A DNA stretch of 64,000 bases from Alphaproteobacteria bacterium (GCA_031367485.1 JANLPX010000087.1:3477-67476); one strand, 5' to 3'. Shown: positions 1 to 9,600, numbered from the stretch's first letter. Program-made: numbers and translations. Notes: generated by a model from the sequence alone, not told the origin.

Positions 1-299
1 AAGGTAAGGACAGCACCAGCCTCGGCTGAGTTGCCAAAATTCGACGTGCCCAGGCCGGCGTGAGGCGTGAGGCTAAGCGCAAATCGTTCGCCGTTCAGAC
101 GGATGGCGATAGGAAGGTCTCGCGTTGCGAGAACATCGACGATCTTGGTGTCGGTTCCACTGTCCAAACGCTGACCACGCAGAAAGGCGGCGTTCATCAA
201 TTGGTTGGTGCCTGCGTCCGAGGAAGCCAGAGTCGATTGTGCGACGGCGATGCTCGCCGTTCCCAGAACTGCCAAGACGATGGCAAGCCCCGTCCGCAT
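1..299 (-). CDS. Secreted/outer-membrane protein, truncated by the window edge; possibly LpxR (lipid A deacylase)-like
   Basis: Not in the ORF track. Manual translation from ATG at 299 (SD GGGGAG upstream) gives MRTGLAIVLAVLGTASIAVAQST...FALSLTPHAGLGTSNFGNSAEAGAVLT, open to base 1, with a Sec-type signal peptide. The family guess is weak. Confidence 0.6.
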   Translation of the reverse strand, partial: MRTGLAIVLAVLGTASIAVAQSTLASSDAGTNQLMNAAFLRGQRLDSGTDTKIVDVLATRDLPIAIRLNGERFALSLTPHAGLGTSNFGNSAEAGAVLT

Positions 300-449
300 C
301 AAACTCTCCCCTGTCGCATTATCGTGCGCGACCTGTGCCATCCTCTCATGACGATTGGACAACACAAGGCCCTAACAAGGCTTAGGCTGGTTAAGTTGCA
401 GTCAAATTTGGACCGATTTCACCTCTGCGGTGAAATAGCGTAGCGACCA

Positions 450-2315
450 CTACTGGCAGGCGAGGCACTCGTCATAATCGACACGCTCGCTCGGACCATT
501 ATCGATCTGGATAATAGCTTCGCCGCCCGCATGAGCCGCGCGTTGCACCGACTTGGAGCGCAGGTAGTAGAGCGACTTACAGCCCCGCTCCCATGCCTGC
601 CAATGCAGCATATGCAGGTCCCATTTATCGACATCGCCAGGCAGGAAGATATTGATTGACTGAGACTGGCAGATATCAGGCGTGCGATCGGCCGCCAGCT
701 CGATCACCCAGCGTTGGTCCAGTTCAAAGGCGGTCTTATAGACATCCTTCTCATCTTGGCTGAGCACGTCGAGGTGTTGGACCGAACCTTCGTTCTCCAG
801 GATCGAGTCCCAGATGGCCGAGGTGTTACAGCCCTTGGCTTCCAATATGCGCTCGAGATAGGCGTTCTTGACTGCAAACGTGCCCGACAGCGTCTTGTGC
901 GTATAGATATTGGCCGGGATCGGTTCGATACCCGCGCTGGTCCCGCCGCAGATGATCGAGATCGAGGCGGTAGGCGCGATGGCCAACTTGTGGCTGAACC
1001 GCTCCATGACACCGCGCTCGGCTGCGTCTGGGCAAGGGCCGCGCTCGGCGGCCAAGGTACGGGAAGCGGCGTCGCACTGGCGCCGCAGATGCTTGAAAAG
1101 ACGCATGTTCCAGGATTTGGCCAGCGCGCTCTCGAAGGGCACGTTCTGAGCCTGAAGCAGAGTGTGGAAACCCATCAGGCCCAAGCCCACCGACCGTTCG
1201 CGGGTCGCGGCATAGACCGCATTGGCCATTTCCGGTGGGGCGCGGGTGATGAAGTCCTGCAGCACATTGTCGAGGAAGCGCATCACGTCCTCGATGAAGG
1301 TCGGGTGATCACGCCATTCCATGAAGGTTTCGGCATTGACCGAAGAGAGGCAGCAGACCGCCGTGCGGTCATTGCCCAGATGGTCGACGCCGGTATGCAG
1401 CATGATCTCAGAGCACAGGTTGGACTGGCGCACCGAGAGGCCCAGGTCGCGCTGATGCTGCGGCATGGCGCGGTTCACGGTGTCGGAGAAGATCAAATAC
1501 GGCTCGCCGGTTTGCAGGCGGATTTCCAGGATCTTCTGCCAGAGCGAGCGGGCGTCGACCTCGCGCAGCACTTCGTTGTTCTTGGGCGAACGCAGGCCAA
1601 ACATCGCGCCCTCGCGCACGGCTTCCATGAACTCATCGCTGATCGAGATGCCGTGGTGCAGGTTCAAAGACTTGCGATTGAAGTCGCCGGAAGGTTTGCG
1701 GATCTCCAGGAACTCTTCGATCTCAGGATGGTGAATATCTAGGTAGACCGCTGCCGAGCCGCGACGCAGGGAGCCTTGGCTAATGGCCAAGGTGAGCGAG
1801 TCCATCACCCGGATGAAGGGAATGATGCCGCTGGTTTGGCCCGCACCCTTGACCTTTTCGCCAATGGACCGGACGCCGCCCCAATAGGTGCCGATGCCGC
1901 CACCGTTGGAGGCCAGCGCCACGTTCTCGTTCCAGACGCTTTGGATGGCACCCAGCGAATCGCCGACCGAATTCAGAAAGCAGGAAATGGGCAGGCCGCG
2001 GTCCGCCCCGCCGTTGGACAACACTGGTGTTGAGGGCATGAACCAAAGCTGGGAGATGTAGTCATAGACCCGCTGTGCATGGTCAGCATCATCGGCATAG
2101 GCGGTCGCCACGCGGGCGAACATGTCCTGATAGCTCTCGCCGGCCAGCAAATAACGATCTTCGAGTGTGGTTTTGCCGAAATCGGTCAGCAGCGCGTCGC
2201 GCGAACGGTCGACCACGACCTTACGGACCAGCTGCAATTGCGGCCGTTCAACGCGCTGCGCCGCGGCTGACGCCACCTCGGAAATCGACCTAACTGCTGC
2301 TTCTTTGCCGCTCAT
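450..2315 (-). CDS. nrdA: Ribonucleoside-diphosphate reductase class I alpha subunit, no evident N-terminal ATP cone
   Basis: PISCFL, NLCSEI active-site loop, IAPTASIS, KSLYY tyrosine pair, C-terminal CLAC. Confidence 0.96.
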   Translation of the reverse strand: MSGKEAAVRSISEVASAAAQRVERPQLQLVRKVVVDRSRDALLTDFGKTTLEDRYLLAGESYQDMFARVATAYADDADHAQRVYDYISQLWFMPSTPVLSNGGADRGLPISCFLNSVGDSLGAIQSVWNENVALASNGGGIGTYWGGVRSIGEKVKGAGQTSGIIPFIRVMDSLTLAISQGSLRRGSAAVYLDIHHPEIEEFLEIRKPSGDFNRKSLNLHHGISISDEFMEAVREGAMFGLRSPKNNEVLREVDARSLWQKILEIRLQTGEPYLIFSDTVNRAMPQHQRDLGLSVRQSNLCSEIMLHTGVDHLGNDRTAVCCLSSVNAETFMEWRDHPTFIEDVMRFLDNVLQDFITRAPPEMANAVYAATRERSVGLGLMGFHTLLQAQNVPFESALAKSWNMRLFKHLRRQCDAASRTLAAERGPCPDAAERGVMERFSHKLAIAPTASISIICGGTSAGIEPIPANIYTHKTLSGTFAVKNAYLERILEAKGCNTSAIWDSILENEGSVQHLDVLSQDEKDVYKTAFELDQRWVIELAADRTPDICQSQSINIFLPGDVDKWDLHMLHWQAWERGCKSLYYLRSKSVQRAAHAGGEAIIQIDNGPSERVDYDECLACQ

Positions 2316-2373
2316 GACCCAAAACCCATAACTATCAGGCGCTTCCCGGTTAAAGCCCTCCTCAACCGGATAG

Positions 2374-2420
2374 TCACTATATCTAGTGGGCGCCCCGCCC
2401 CGATACGCAACATCATGGGG
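2374..2420. promoter_or_regulatory. Tandem NrdR boxes
   Basis: tcactatatctagtgg (2374-2389) and acgcaacatcatgggg (2405-2420) resemble acaCwAtATaTwGtg, start 31 bp apart, directly upstream of nrdA. Confidence 0.75.
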
Positions 2421-2500
2421 CCACGAAGCCTAATGACTCGTCAACGGGAACATCGGGTTCTCCCCTGATCTTTTTATTTAACCAAAGGTTAACGCCGGAC
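2381..2500. repeat. Direct repeat copy 1 (nrdA promoter region)
   Basis: Ungapped manual alignment with 2842-2961 shows 11 mismatches in 120 bp. Confidence 0.95.
2478..2493 (+). promoter_or_regulatory. CtrA box
   Basis: TTAA-ccaaagg-TTAAC matches TTAA-N7-TTAA(C). Confidence 0.75.
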
Positions 2501-2841
2501 TCGAGGGCTTGATCAATCAAGGCTTTCTGTCGCCCACAGATTTTTTGGTCACGAGACTGTGAAACCGAGTCGCGAGAAGTGGGTTCGAGCTGATACCCAA
2601 TCGCCGGAAGGGGTCTGCGTCACCAGAAAGATGTGTGTAACTCTTACTTAACGCCGAAGGGCTGATATCCACCTGCACTTCGCGCTTGCAACTAAATTGC
2701 GGTTCAGCGACCCTTGAAGGGCACTACGGCCCCCAGCTTTGGGCGCTGAGGGCCGCGCTCCAGACCCGTCCTTATGGAAGGGACAGCGGCAGCTAGCGGA
2801 CGTCGTTCTTCATTTTGCGTGAGGCGACGTCTGCATAGCGC

Positions 2842-2961
2842 ATCTAGTGGGCACCCCACGTCGACACGCAAGATCATGGGGCCATGAAGCCTAATGACTC
2901 GTCAACGAGAACATGGGGTTCTCCCCTGATCTTTTTATTTAACCAAAGATTAACGCCAGAC
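2842..2961. repeat. Direct repeat copy 2 (duplicated nrdA promoter region)
   Basis: About 91% identical to 2381-2500 at an offset of 461 bp. It keeps the distal NrdR box, GANTC and TTAA-ccaaaga-TTAAC (2939-2954). Confidence 0.95.
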
Positions 2962-3113
2962 ACGTGGTCTTGAAGACTCACACCTTTGTAGGTTCTTGCA
3001 AAAAGATGATCACGTATCTGTGATCGATGATGAGTAGTCGAATTTAGAACAGCCAATTCAATTCGTTGAGATTAGTCGCGAAATCGGCGGTGAGTCGCTT
3101 AACGCAACTGACT

Positions 3114-6100
3114 TCAAGCGCTCAGATTGAGCAGTGCCGGGTCACCGCCTTGGGCTGCAATATTGACGCTGACGGCGCGCTCAACAGCAAATCGCAGCAA
3201 GGCGTGAGGTCCGCCAGCCTTGGGCCCCGTGCCGGAAAGACCCTCCCCGCCAAAGGGTTGCACCCCAACCACGGCTCCGATCATCGAGCGGTTCACATAA
3301 GTATTGCCGGCGGGGATCGCGTCGCGAACCTCTTGGGCGAAGGATTCTATGCGGCTGTGGACCCCCAGAGTCAGGCCATAGCCCGCCGCGCGAAGCGGTG
3401 CTGCGGCGGCGTCCAGCTTGCCGGTCTCATAGCGAATCACGTGCAAGATCGGGCCGAAGACTTCGCGGGTTAGAAAGCTGGCGCTGTCGATCTGCGCCAG
3501 GACCAGCGGGAAGAAGCTGCCCTGGTCCGGAACCTGGCTGACATGCAGCACCCTTGCGTCGCGGTGCAGGCGGGCTCGATGGGCCTCTAAGACCGCCTTG
3601 GCCTCGCTATCGATCACAGGGCCGATGTCTGTACGAGGGTCGGCAGGGTCCCCGATTACCAGGGCGTCCATGGCCCCTTTCAACCCCTGGATCAAAGCAT
3701 CAGCCGTTTCCGCCGGCACAAACAAGATCCGCAGCGCGCTGCAGCGTTGGCCCGCTGATCCGAAGGCAGAGGCCATGACATCGTCGATTACCTGCTCTCG
3801 CAGGGCTGTCGTGTCCACGAACATGGCGTTGAGGCCGCCGGTCTCGGCGATGAACGGCACGATTGGACCGGGCCGTGCCGCTAGGCTGCGATTGATAGCC
3901 CAGGCGGTTTCCGTACCGCCGGTAAAGGCCACGCCCGCACAACCCGGATGAGCGACAATGAATGCGCCGACCGTCGCGCCGTCGCCGGGCAACAGATGTA
4001 GGACATCGCTGGGCAGGCCCGCCGCATGGAAAATGCGCACAGCCGCCGCCGCAATCAACGGTGTCTGCTCAGCCGGCTTGGCCACCACAGCATTTCCCGC
4101 TGCTAGGGCCGCCGCGATCTGGCCAGTGAAGATCGCCAGTGGGAAGTTCCAGGGGCTGATAGCGGCGATCACCCCGCGCCCATGCAGGGAGAGTTGATTG
4201 ACCTCGCCCACCGGGCCTTTGAGGATTTCAGGGTCACCGAACTGGCGCTCCGCCAGATGGGCATAGTAGCGACAGAAATCGGCGGCTTCTCGTACCTCGG
4301 CGACCCCGTCAGCCAGGGTCTTGCCCGCCTCAAGTGCGCAGATGGCCACTAGGCGGTCGAGATCGTCCTCCAAAGCCTGGGCCATGGCACGCAGGATTGG
4401 CGCGCGGCCAGGGCCACCCTGAGCGTCCCAGGCCGTTTGGGCACGGTGGGCTGCGGCGAAGGCAACGTCGATATCATCGGAACTTGCCGACCAAGCTTGG
4501 CCAATGGTGCGGGCGGGATTAGCCAGAGACCGGCAAACCTCACCATCGCCCTCGCCCGTCTCTCGACCCCCAACCACGGGGCGCGCGACCAAAGGAGCTA
4601 GGCCTGCGATAGCCGCCGCTATGCGGTCGCGCTCGACGGCCATGGACAGGTCAACACCCAGCGCGTTCAACCGCGATGCACCATAAAGGTCGCGCGGCAG
4701 CGGAATACGCGGATGCGGCGCGCCACCGGTCGCCTCTACGGCACCGACCGGATCGCCCACCACCGATGCAATAGGCGTTTTCTCATCCAAAAGTGCGTGG
4801 ACAAAGGATGTATTAGCTCCGTTTTCCAACAGGCGCCGCACCAGATAGGGCAGCAGATCTTCGTGACCACCGACCGGTGCATAGACCCGCAGTTTCAGCG
4901 GTCCGTAACGTTCAACCGCCCCGGCATAGAGCGCCTCGCCCATGCCATGCAGGCGTTGGAACTCTGGCTCAACCCCAACTTCACGGGCCATCAATCGAAC
5001 GGCGGCCAGGGTATGGGCGTTGTGGGTGGCAAACTGTGGGTAAAGGGCAGGCGACGCAGCCAGCAAGACCCTCGCACAGGCCAGATACGAAAGATCGGTC
5101 GCTGCCTTGGTGGTGTAGACGGGGTATCCTGGGAGGCCAGCCACCTGGGCGCGCTTGATCTCGCTGTCCCAATAGGCACCCTTGACTAGGCGCACCATAA
5201 GACGACGCCCAGAATTGCGGGCGATCATGGCGACTGCCTCCACCGTCTTAGGTGCGCGTTTCTGATAGGCTTGAACCGCCAGGCCCAAGCCCTTCCAGGT
5301 TCCGAGTTCCGGCTCGCGGGCCAGACGGTCCAACACCTTTAGGGATAGGACGAGACGGTCGGCCTCCTCCGCATCCAAGGTGAGGTTGATGTTGGCGCTG
5401 GCCGCAATCTTGGCCAGGCGAAGGAGGCGCGGGTAGAGGTCGGACCATACCCGATCTTCGTGACGCGCCTCATACCGAGGCGAAAGGGCCGAGAGTTTGA
5501 CCGAAACACCGTGACCGGCTTCGGGTCCGAGATCGCCAGCGTTTTGACCCACGGTGGTTAAGGCCTGAGCATAAGAGGCTTCGTACTTGTCGGCGTCGGC
5601 GGCGGTCCGGGCGCCCTCGCCCAACATGTCGAACGAACAGACATAGCCATCTGCCTTGGCGCGCTTGATGGCTGCCGCGATGGTGCGACCCAGCACGAAC
5701 TGTTCGCCCATGATGCGGACGGCGGCGGCAACAGCTTGGCGGATCACGGGCTCGCCCAGACGCCCTGCCAGTCGGCGAATGAACCCCGACAAATTTGAGC
5801 CAGCCTCCTCGTCAGGGTCGATCAATTTGCCAGTGAGCATCAGGCTCCAGGTCGAGGCATTGACCAACAGAGAGTCTGAGGCCCCCAGGTGGCTGGCCCA
5901 GTCGGCTGACGCAATTTTTTCCGCAATCAAGCGGTCGCGCGTGTCCTCATCGGGGGTACGCAACAGCGCCTCAGCCAAGCACATCAAGGCTAAGCCTTCG
6001 CGCGTCGACAGCGAAAACTCTTGCAGGAAGTTTTCTACGACACCCTGACGGCGGACGCTGCCCCGCGCCAACCGCACTAGGGCCTCCGCTTCCTGGCGGA

Positions 6101-6227
6101 CATCCTGTCGCGCTTGGAGTCCCAGAGGCTGGCTCGCGATTAGCGCACTTGTGGCGTCGCGTTCGTTCTGGACCTTTACTTGGTCCAGTTCGGCAAGGGA
6201 TTGAGCAAGGGGAGAAACCATTGGCAA
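3114..6227 (-). CDS. putA: Bifunctional proline dehydrogenase / glutamate-gamma-semialdehyde dehydrogenase
   Basis: SFDMLGE, VRLVKGAYWDSEIK, FATHNAHT, YLVRRLLENGANTSF, SAGQRCSAL. No N-terminal RHH domain. The start may be ATG at 6221. Confidence 0.96.
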   Translation of the reverse strand: MPMVSPLAQSLAELDQVKVQNERDATSALIASQPLGLQARQDVRQEAEALVRLARGSVRRQGVVENFLQEFSLSTREGLALMCLAEALLRTPDEDTRDRLIAEKIASADWASHLGASDSLLVNASTWSLMLTGKLIDPDEEAGSNLSGFIRRLAGRLGEPVIRQAVAAAVRIMGEQFVLGRTIAAAIKRAKADGYVCSFDMLGEGARTAADADKYEASYAQALTTVGQNAGDLGPEAGHGVSVKLSALSPRYEARHEDRVWSDLYPRLLRLAKIAASANINLTLDAEEADRLVLSLKVLDRLAREPELGTWKGLGLAVQAYQKRAPKTVEAVAMIARNSGRRLMVRLVKGAYWDSEIKRAQVAGLPGYPVYTTKAATDLSYLACARVLLAASPALYPQFATHNAHTLAAVRLMAREVGVEPEFQRLHGMGEALYAGAVERYGPLKLRVYAPVGGHEDLLPYLVRRLLENGANTSFVHALLDEKTPIASVVGDPVGAVEATGGAPHPRIPLPRDLYGASRLNALGVDLSMAVERDRIAAAIAGLAPLVARPVVGGRETGEGDGEVCRSLANPARTIGQAWSASSDDIDVAFAAAHRAQTAWDAQGGPGRAPILRAMAQALEDDLDRLVAICALEAGKTLADGVAEVREAADFCRYYAHLAERQFGDPEILKGPVGEVNQLSLHGRGVIAAISPWNFPLAIFTGQIAAALAAGNAVVAKPAEQTPLIAAAAVRIFHAAGLPSDVLHLLPGDGATVGAFIVAHPGCAGVAFTGGTETAWAINRSLAARPGPIVPFIAETGGLNAMFVDTTALREQVIDDVMASAFGSAGQRCSALRILFVPAETADALIQGLKGAMDALVIGDPADPRTDIGPVIDSEAKAVLEAHRARLHRDARVLHVSQVPDQGSFFPLVLAQIDSASFLTREVFGPILHVIRYETGKLDAAAAPLRAAGYGLTLGVHSRIESFAQEVRDAIPAGNTYVNRSMIGAVVGVQPFGGEGLSGTGPKAGGPHALLRFAVERAVSVNIAAQGGDPALLNLSA

Positions 6228-6277
6228 AACCTAGCCGTTTCTCGCTCGCGCGTCATCTGACCCCGCAGCGCCATAGC

Positions 6278-6306
6278 AAAAGGGCCCGGTCTGCTGACCG
6301 GGCCCT
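6278..6306 (-). terminator. Intrinsic terminator of the OmpA gene
   Basis: Minus strand agggcccggtc-agca-gaccgggccct-ttt: perfect 11-bp stem followed by a U-tract. Confidence 0.8.
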
Positions 6307-6339
6307 CCTGCAGTTTCGACGAAACGCCGTCGATCAAGA

Positions 6340-7542
6340 TCAGAAGTTGATGTCGATCGTCGAACGGCGGTTCAAAGGTTCTTTTACGCCGTCGCCGGTG
6401 GGAACAGCGAGCATGGTTTCGCCCTTCCAATCGACTTGCAGCGAACCGGCACCGACGCCCAGACCAACCAACGAGTCAGCCACAGCCTTGGCACGACGTT
6501 CCGACAGACGGACGTTGTAGGCAGGGGAGCCAGAAGAGTCAGTGTGACCGACGACGATCACGCGCGTGGCGTGGCCGGCATTGGCATAATTCGCAGCTTC
6601 CGAGACCACGGTCTGAGCTTCCGGAGTCAGGATCGCCTGATCAAACGGGAAGTAGACAATGAACTGCCGAGCTTCATACGCCGGTGGAGGTGGCGGAGGA
6701 GGCGGAGGCGGGGGAGGCGGCGGGGGTGGGGGCGGAGGAGGCGGCGGAGGCGGCGGAGGCGGAGGCGCGTCTGCGAACGAATAACGCAGACCAACCGTCA
6801 CGGACGCATCCTGATAAGGACCAGACAGTGCACCCGGTTGAAGAGCATGTGTACCACTGGAACCCAAGGTGATGTCTGAACCACCAATATAGCGGTAGGT
6901 CACATCCACGTTCAGGCGCTCAGTCGCCTTCCAAGCCAGACCGGCCAACCCTTGCCAAGCAATCGCTGTATCGGTGTCGTTGATGGTCAGGTTTTGGTAG
7001 GCCGGGTTTGCTGCCGTGATGGCCCCGGTCACATTGGAGAACTGTCCAACAATACCGTCAGCCTTGGCATGAGCCAGACCGATGCCGACGCCGATGAATG
7101 GATTGATGGCCGAGTCAGGCATGAAGTCATAAATGACATTACCCATCAGCGTCCAAACTTGCAGGTTGCCGGTAGGCGATCCGCAATTCGGGGAGGCTGC
7201 CGTACGGATCACGCCAGGAGCGCAAAGGCCCAGGATGGCTTGATTGGTGCCGCCACGGATCGAGTCGACGTCACCAGGGCGATAGCCGCCCTCGAGTTCA
7301 ACGCGCCAGTTGCTATTGACCCTGTAGCCGAGCCGAGCAAAGCCGGTCCAGTCTTCCTTTTGGCTCAGATTCCAAACATACGGCTTGCCATTCGCTGACG
7401 TATTCTTGGATTCGAGCTCGAACTTGTCTGGCCAATGATAGCCAAGATCCACTGCGCCGTACCAGCCGGCGTCTTGAGCAGCCGCGCCGGATGCGACGCA
7501 AACCGCAGCTAATGCGGCTCCTGCCAGAAGTTTGAATTTCAT
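6340..7542 (-). CDS. OmpA-family outer membrane protein (beta-barrel, poly-Pro linker, peptidoglycan-binding domain)
   Basis: Signal peptide MKFKLLAGAALAA (start 7542, SD GGAG); C-terminal GHTD...YNVRLSERRA...NRR OmpA_C motif. Confidence 0.92.
   Translation of the reverse strand: MKFKLLAGAALAAVCVASGAAAQDAGWYGAVDLGYHWPDKFELESKNTSANGKPYVWNLSQKEDWTGFARLGYRVNSNWRVELEGGYRPGDVDSIRGGTNQAILGLCAPGVIRTAASPNCGSPTGNLQVWTLMGNVIYDFMPDSAINPFIGVGIGLAHAKADGIVGQFSNVTGAITAANPAYQNLTINDTDTAIAWQGLAGLAWKATERLNVDVTYRYIGGSDITLGSSGTHALQPGALSGPYQDASVTVGLRYSFADAPPPPPPPPPPPPPPPPPPPPPPPPPPPPAYEARQFIVYFPFDQAILTPEAQTVVSEAANYANAGHATRVIVVGHTDSSGSPAYNVRLSERRAKAVADSLVGLGVGAGSLQVDWKGETMLAVPTGDGVKEPLNRRSTIDINF
6682..6765 (-). 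repeat. 28 consecutive proline codons in the OmpA linker
   Basis: (NGG)28 on the + strand, i.e. 28 CCN codons with mixed third positions. Confidence 0.95.
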
Positions 7543-7821
7543 ATTGAGAGCCCTCTCCTGCCCTAGCGCTTCGGCCATGTGGCCCAGCGCCGTTATATCA
7601 ACCTATCGGCGTCGCGAAAGTGTCGCCGAAGCCACACTACGACCCATTTTCATGAGTCAATCGAACACTCGTGGACCACGTTACACAAAAAACGCACTCA
7701 CAAGCAACTCCACGCCGCTTTTACTGGGGCACAATCGGACACTCACCCGATCCTACCATCCCCTAATGTCGCATAGAACCCATAGGCCGCGCTTCAGTTC
7801 CATCTTTTATTCAAGCCATTG

Positions 7822-9600
7822 TCAGGCTGCCGGTTTGCGGGACTTTCGACCTCGCGATCCTAAGGATTGTGGCCTGTTTAGGGACTTTCGGAATTCGTCC
7901 CTGCGTTCATGGATGGAGGCGATAACCAAGCCCATGGGGACGCCGATTTCCACCAGGACAGCTTCGGAAAGCTGGAGGCTGGCTTCAACAGTTTCGGGAA
8001 CCGCATCGGTTGCGCCGAGCTCATATAGCCGTTGGGCATGTAACGCGTCTCGCGCGCGAGCAACAATGGTCAGCTCGGCTCTCATCGTACGCGCAATGGC
8101 CACGACGGTTTCCACCCCATCAGGCGCGTCCATTGTGACCACCAATGCTGGAGCGGTTTCCAGTCCGCATCGCTTTAGGAATTCCGGCTTTGAGGCGTCG
8201 CCGTAGAAGATGGAAGCGCCATGAGCTCGACCTGCCTCCACCAATCGTGGATCACGCTCGGCAGCGAGCCAGGGTATCTCATGGCGATCTAGCATTTCGC
8301 CAACCAGCCGCCCCACCCTGCCGTAACCCACAACCAAGACCCGTGGGCCAGTCGGGCCAAGCTCCGGTTCCGGTACTAGAGTCTCCAGGCCACTCCGTCG
8401 TCCACCAACGCGCAGCCCAATAGCCGCGAGTCCAGGAATACAGATCATTGAAAGCGTCGATGCCACCAACAGCGTCTGACCTAGCTCTCGGGGTACCACT
8501 CCATCACCCATCGCCGCTGAGAGGATGACGAAGGCAAACTCCCCGCCGCCTGCCAAAAGGAGGGCAGCCTCTGCGGCGCTGCGCCAAGTCAGCCCAAAGA
8601 CGCGCGAAAGACCAAATACCACCAACCCATTGATTGAGATCAAGCCGACGGCAATTGCGAGGACCAGGATCGGTCGCGCAACCAATAGCGACAGATCCAA
8701 CCCGATCCCGACAGAGAGAAAGAAGAGGCCTAACAGCAAGCCTTTGAAGGGCTCAATCGTCACTTCGACCTGGTGGCGGTATTCGGTTTCCGCCAGCAAA
8801 AGTCCGGCAATAAATGCACCCAGCGCCATGGATAGGCCGGCCACGGCGCTGATCATTCCAGCCCCAATGATGACGAGCAAACAGGTGGCCATGAATAGCT
8901 CTTCGCTCTTGGCCCGAGCCACAGAGCGCATCATCGGTCGCAGCAGCAAGCGACCAAACAGCAGGAGTGCCGCAACCGCCACGACGGAAGGAGCGAAGGT
9001 TAGGAGCACGTCAGGCGATAGGGCTCCGGCCTCACGGTGGCCCAGAAAAGCCAGGGTAATTAAGATCGGTGCGACCGCCAGATCCTGAAACAAGAGCACT
9101 GAAAAGGTTGCCCGACCCGCAGTAGAGTGCTGACGACGGTGCTCGGTCAGGATCGGCATCACCAATGCGGTGGAGGATAGAGCCAGGGCGACGCCGACGG
9201 CGGCCGCCGCCGCCGCGCTGCCCAACCCGCCCATCAGGCCAACCCCGGCAATCGCCGCTGTACTTAGGGCAACTTGGGCCGCACCGAGCCCGAACACATA
9301 TCGCCGCATAAGTCGTAGGCGCTCCCAGGACAGCTCAAGCCCGATCATGAACAAGAGAAACACTACGCCAAGCTCTGCCAGCTGAGCGACTTGGTCTGGT
9401 CGAGCGATCGTAAACGACTCCAGGATCGGGAATCTTCCCGCCAAGGCCCCCAAGCCCCATGGCCCCAAGACGACACCGGCACCGAGGAACCCCAAGATCG
9501 GGCTGACTTTCCACTGCCGAAACAACGGCACGACCACCCCGGCCGTTGCCAGAAACAGCACCACGTCTTTGTAGTCGCCGGTGGAAACCTGAGCGTCCAT
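7822..9600 (-). CDS. CPA2-family (Kef-type) K+/H+ antiporter with TrkA-N domain
   Basis: AELGVVFLLFMIGLE, LLFQDLAV, IEPFKGLLLGLFF, GYGRVG Rossmann motif. Confidence 0.92.
   Translation of the reverse strand: MDAQVSTGDYKDVVLFLATAGVVVPLFRQWKVSPILGFLGAGVVLGPWGLGALAGRFPILESFTIARPDQVAQLAELGVVFLLFMIGLELSWERLRLMRRYVFGLGAAQVALSTAAIAGVGLMGGLGSAAAAAAVGVALALSSTALVMPILTEHRRQHSTAGRATFSVLLFQDLAVAPILITLAFLGHREAGALSPDVLLTFAPSVVAVAALLLFGRLLLRPMMRSVARAKSEELFMATCLLVIIGAGMISAVAGLSMALGAFIAGLLLAETEYRHQVEVTIEPFKGLLLGLFFLSVGIGLDLSLLVARPILVLAIAVGLISINGLVVFGLSRVFGLTWRSAAEAALLLAGGGEFAFVILSAAMGDGVVPRELGQTLLVASTLSMICIPGLAAIGLRVGGRRSGLETLVPEPELGPTGPRVLVVGYGRVGRLVGEMLDRHEIPWLAAERDPRLVEAGRAHGASIFYGDASKPEFLKRCGLETAPALVVTMDAPDGVETVVAIARTMRAELTIVARARDALHAQRLYELGATDAVPETVEASLQLSEAVLVEIGVPMGLVIASIHERRDEFRKSLNRPQSLGSRGRKSRKPAA

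Noticed and set aside
714-1742. 342-aa antisense ORF, and the many other antisense ORFs in the track
   Set aside because: These are shadows of well-supported genes, as expected in high-GC DNA.
2448-2460. GAAC-N5-GTTC as a LexA box
   Set aside because: Alphaproteobacterial LexA binds GTTC-N7-GTTC direct repeats; the geometry does not fit.
2501-2841. Cobalamin riboswitch upstream of nrdA
   Set aside because: I could not find the B12-box or GGGAA...GCCCCCGCAACTGT core on either strand by eye.
2381-2961. Repeat pair as a CRISPR array, IS ends or attL/attR
   Set aside because: Only two 120-bp direct copies made of promoter motifs; no cas, transposase or integrase gene, and no terminal inverted repeats.
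2874-3056. 60-aa ORF in the track
   Set aside because: It runs through the duplicated promoter copy, with no SD and no protein-like features.
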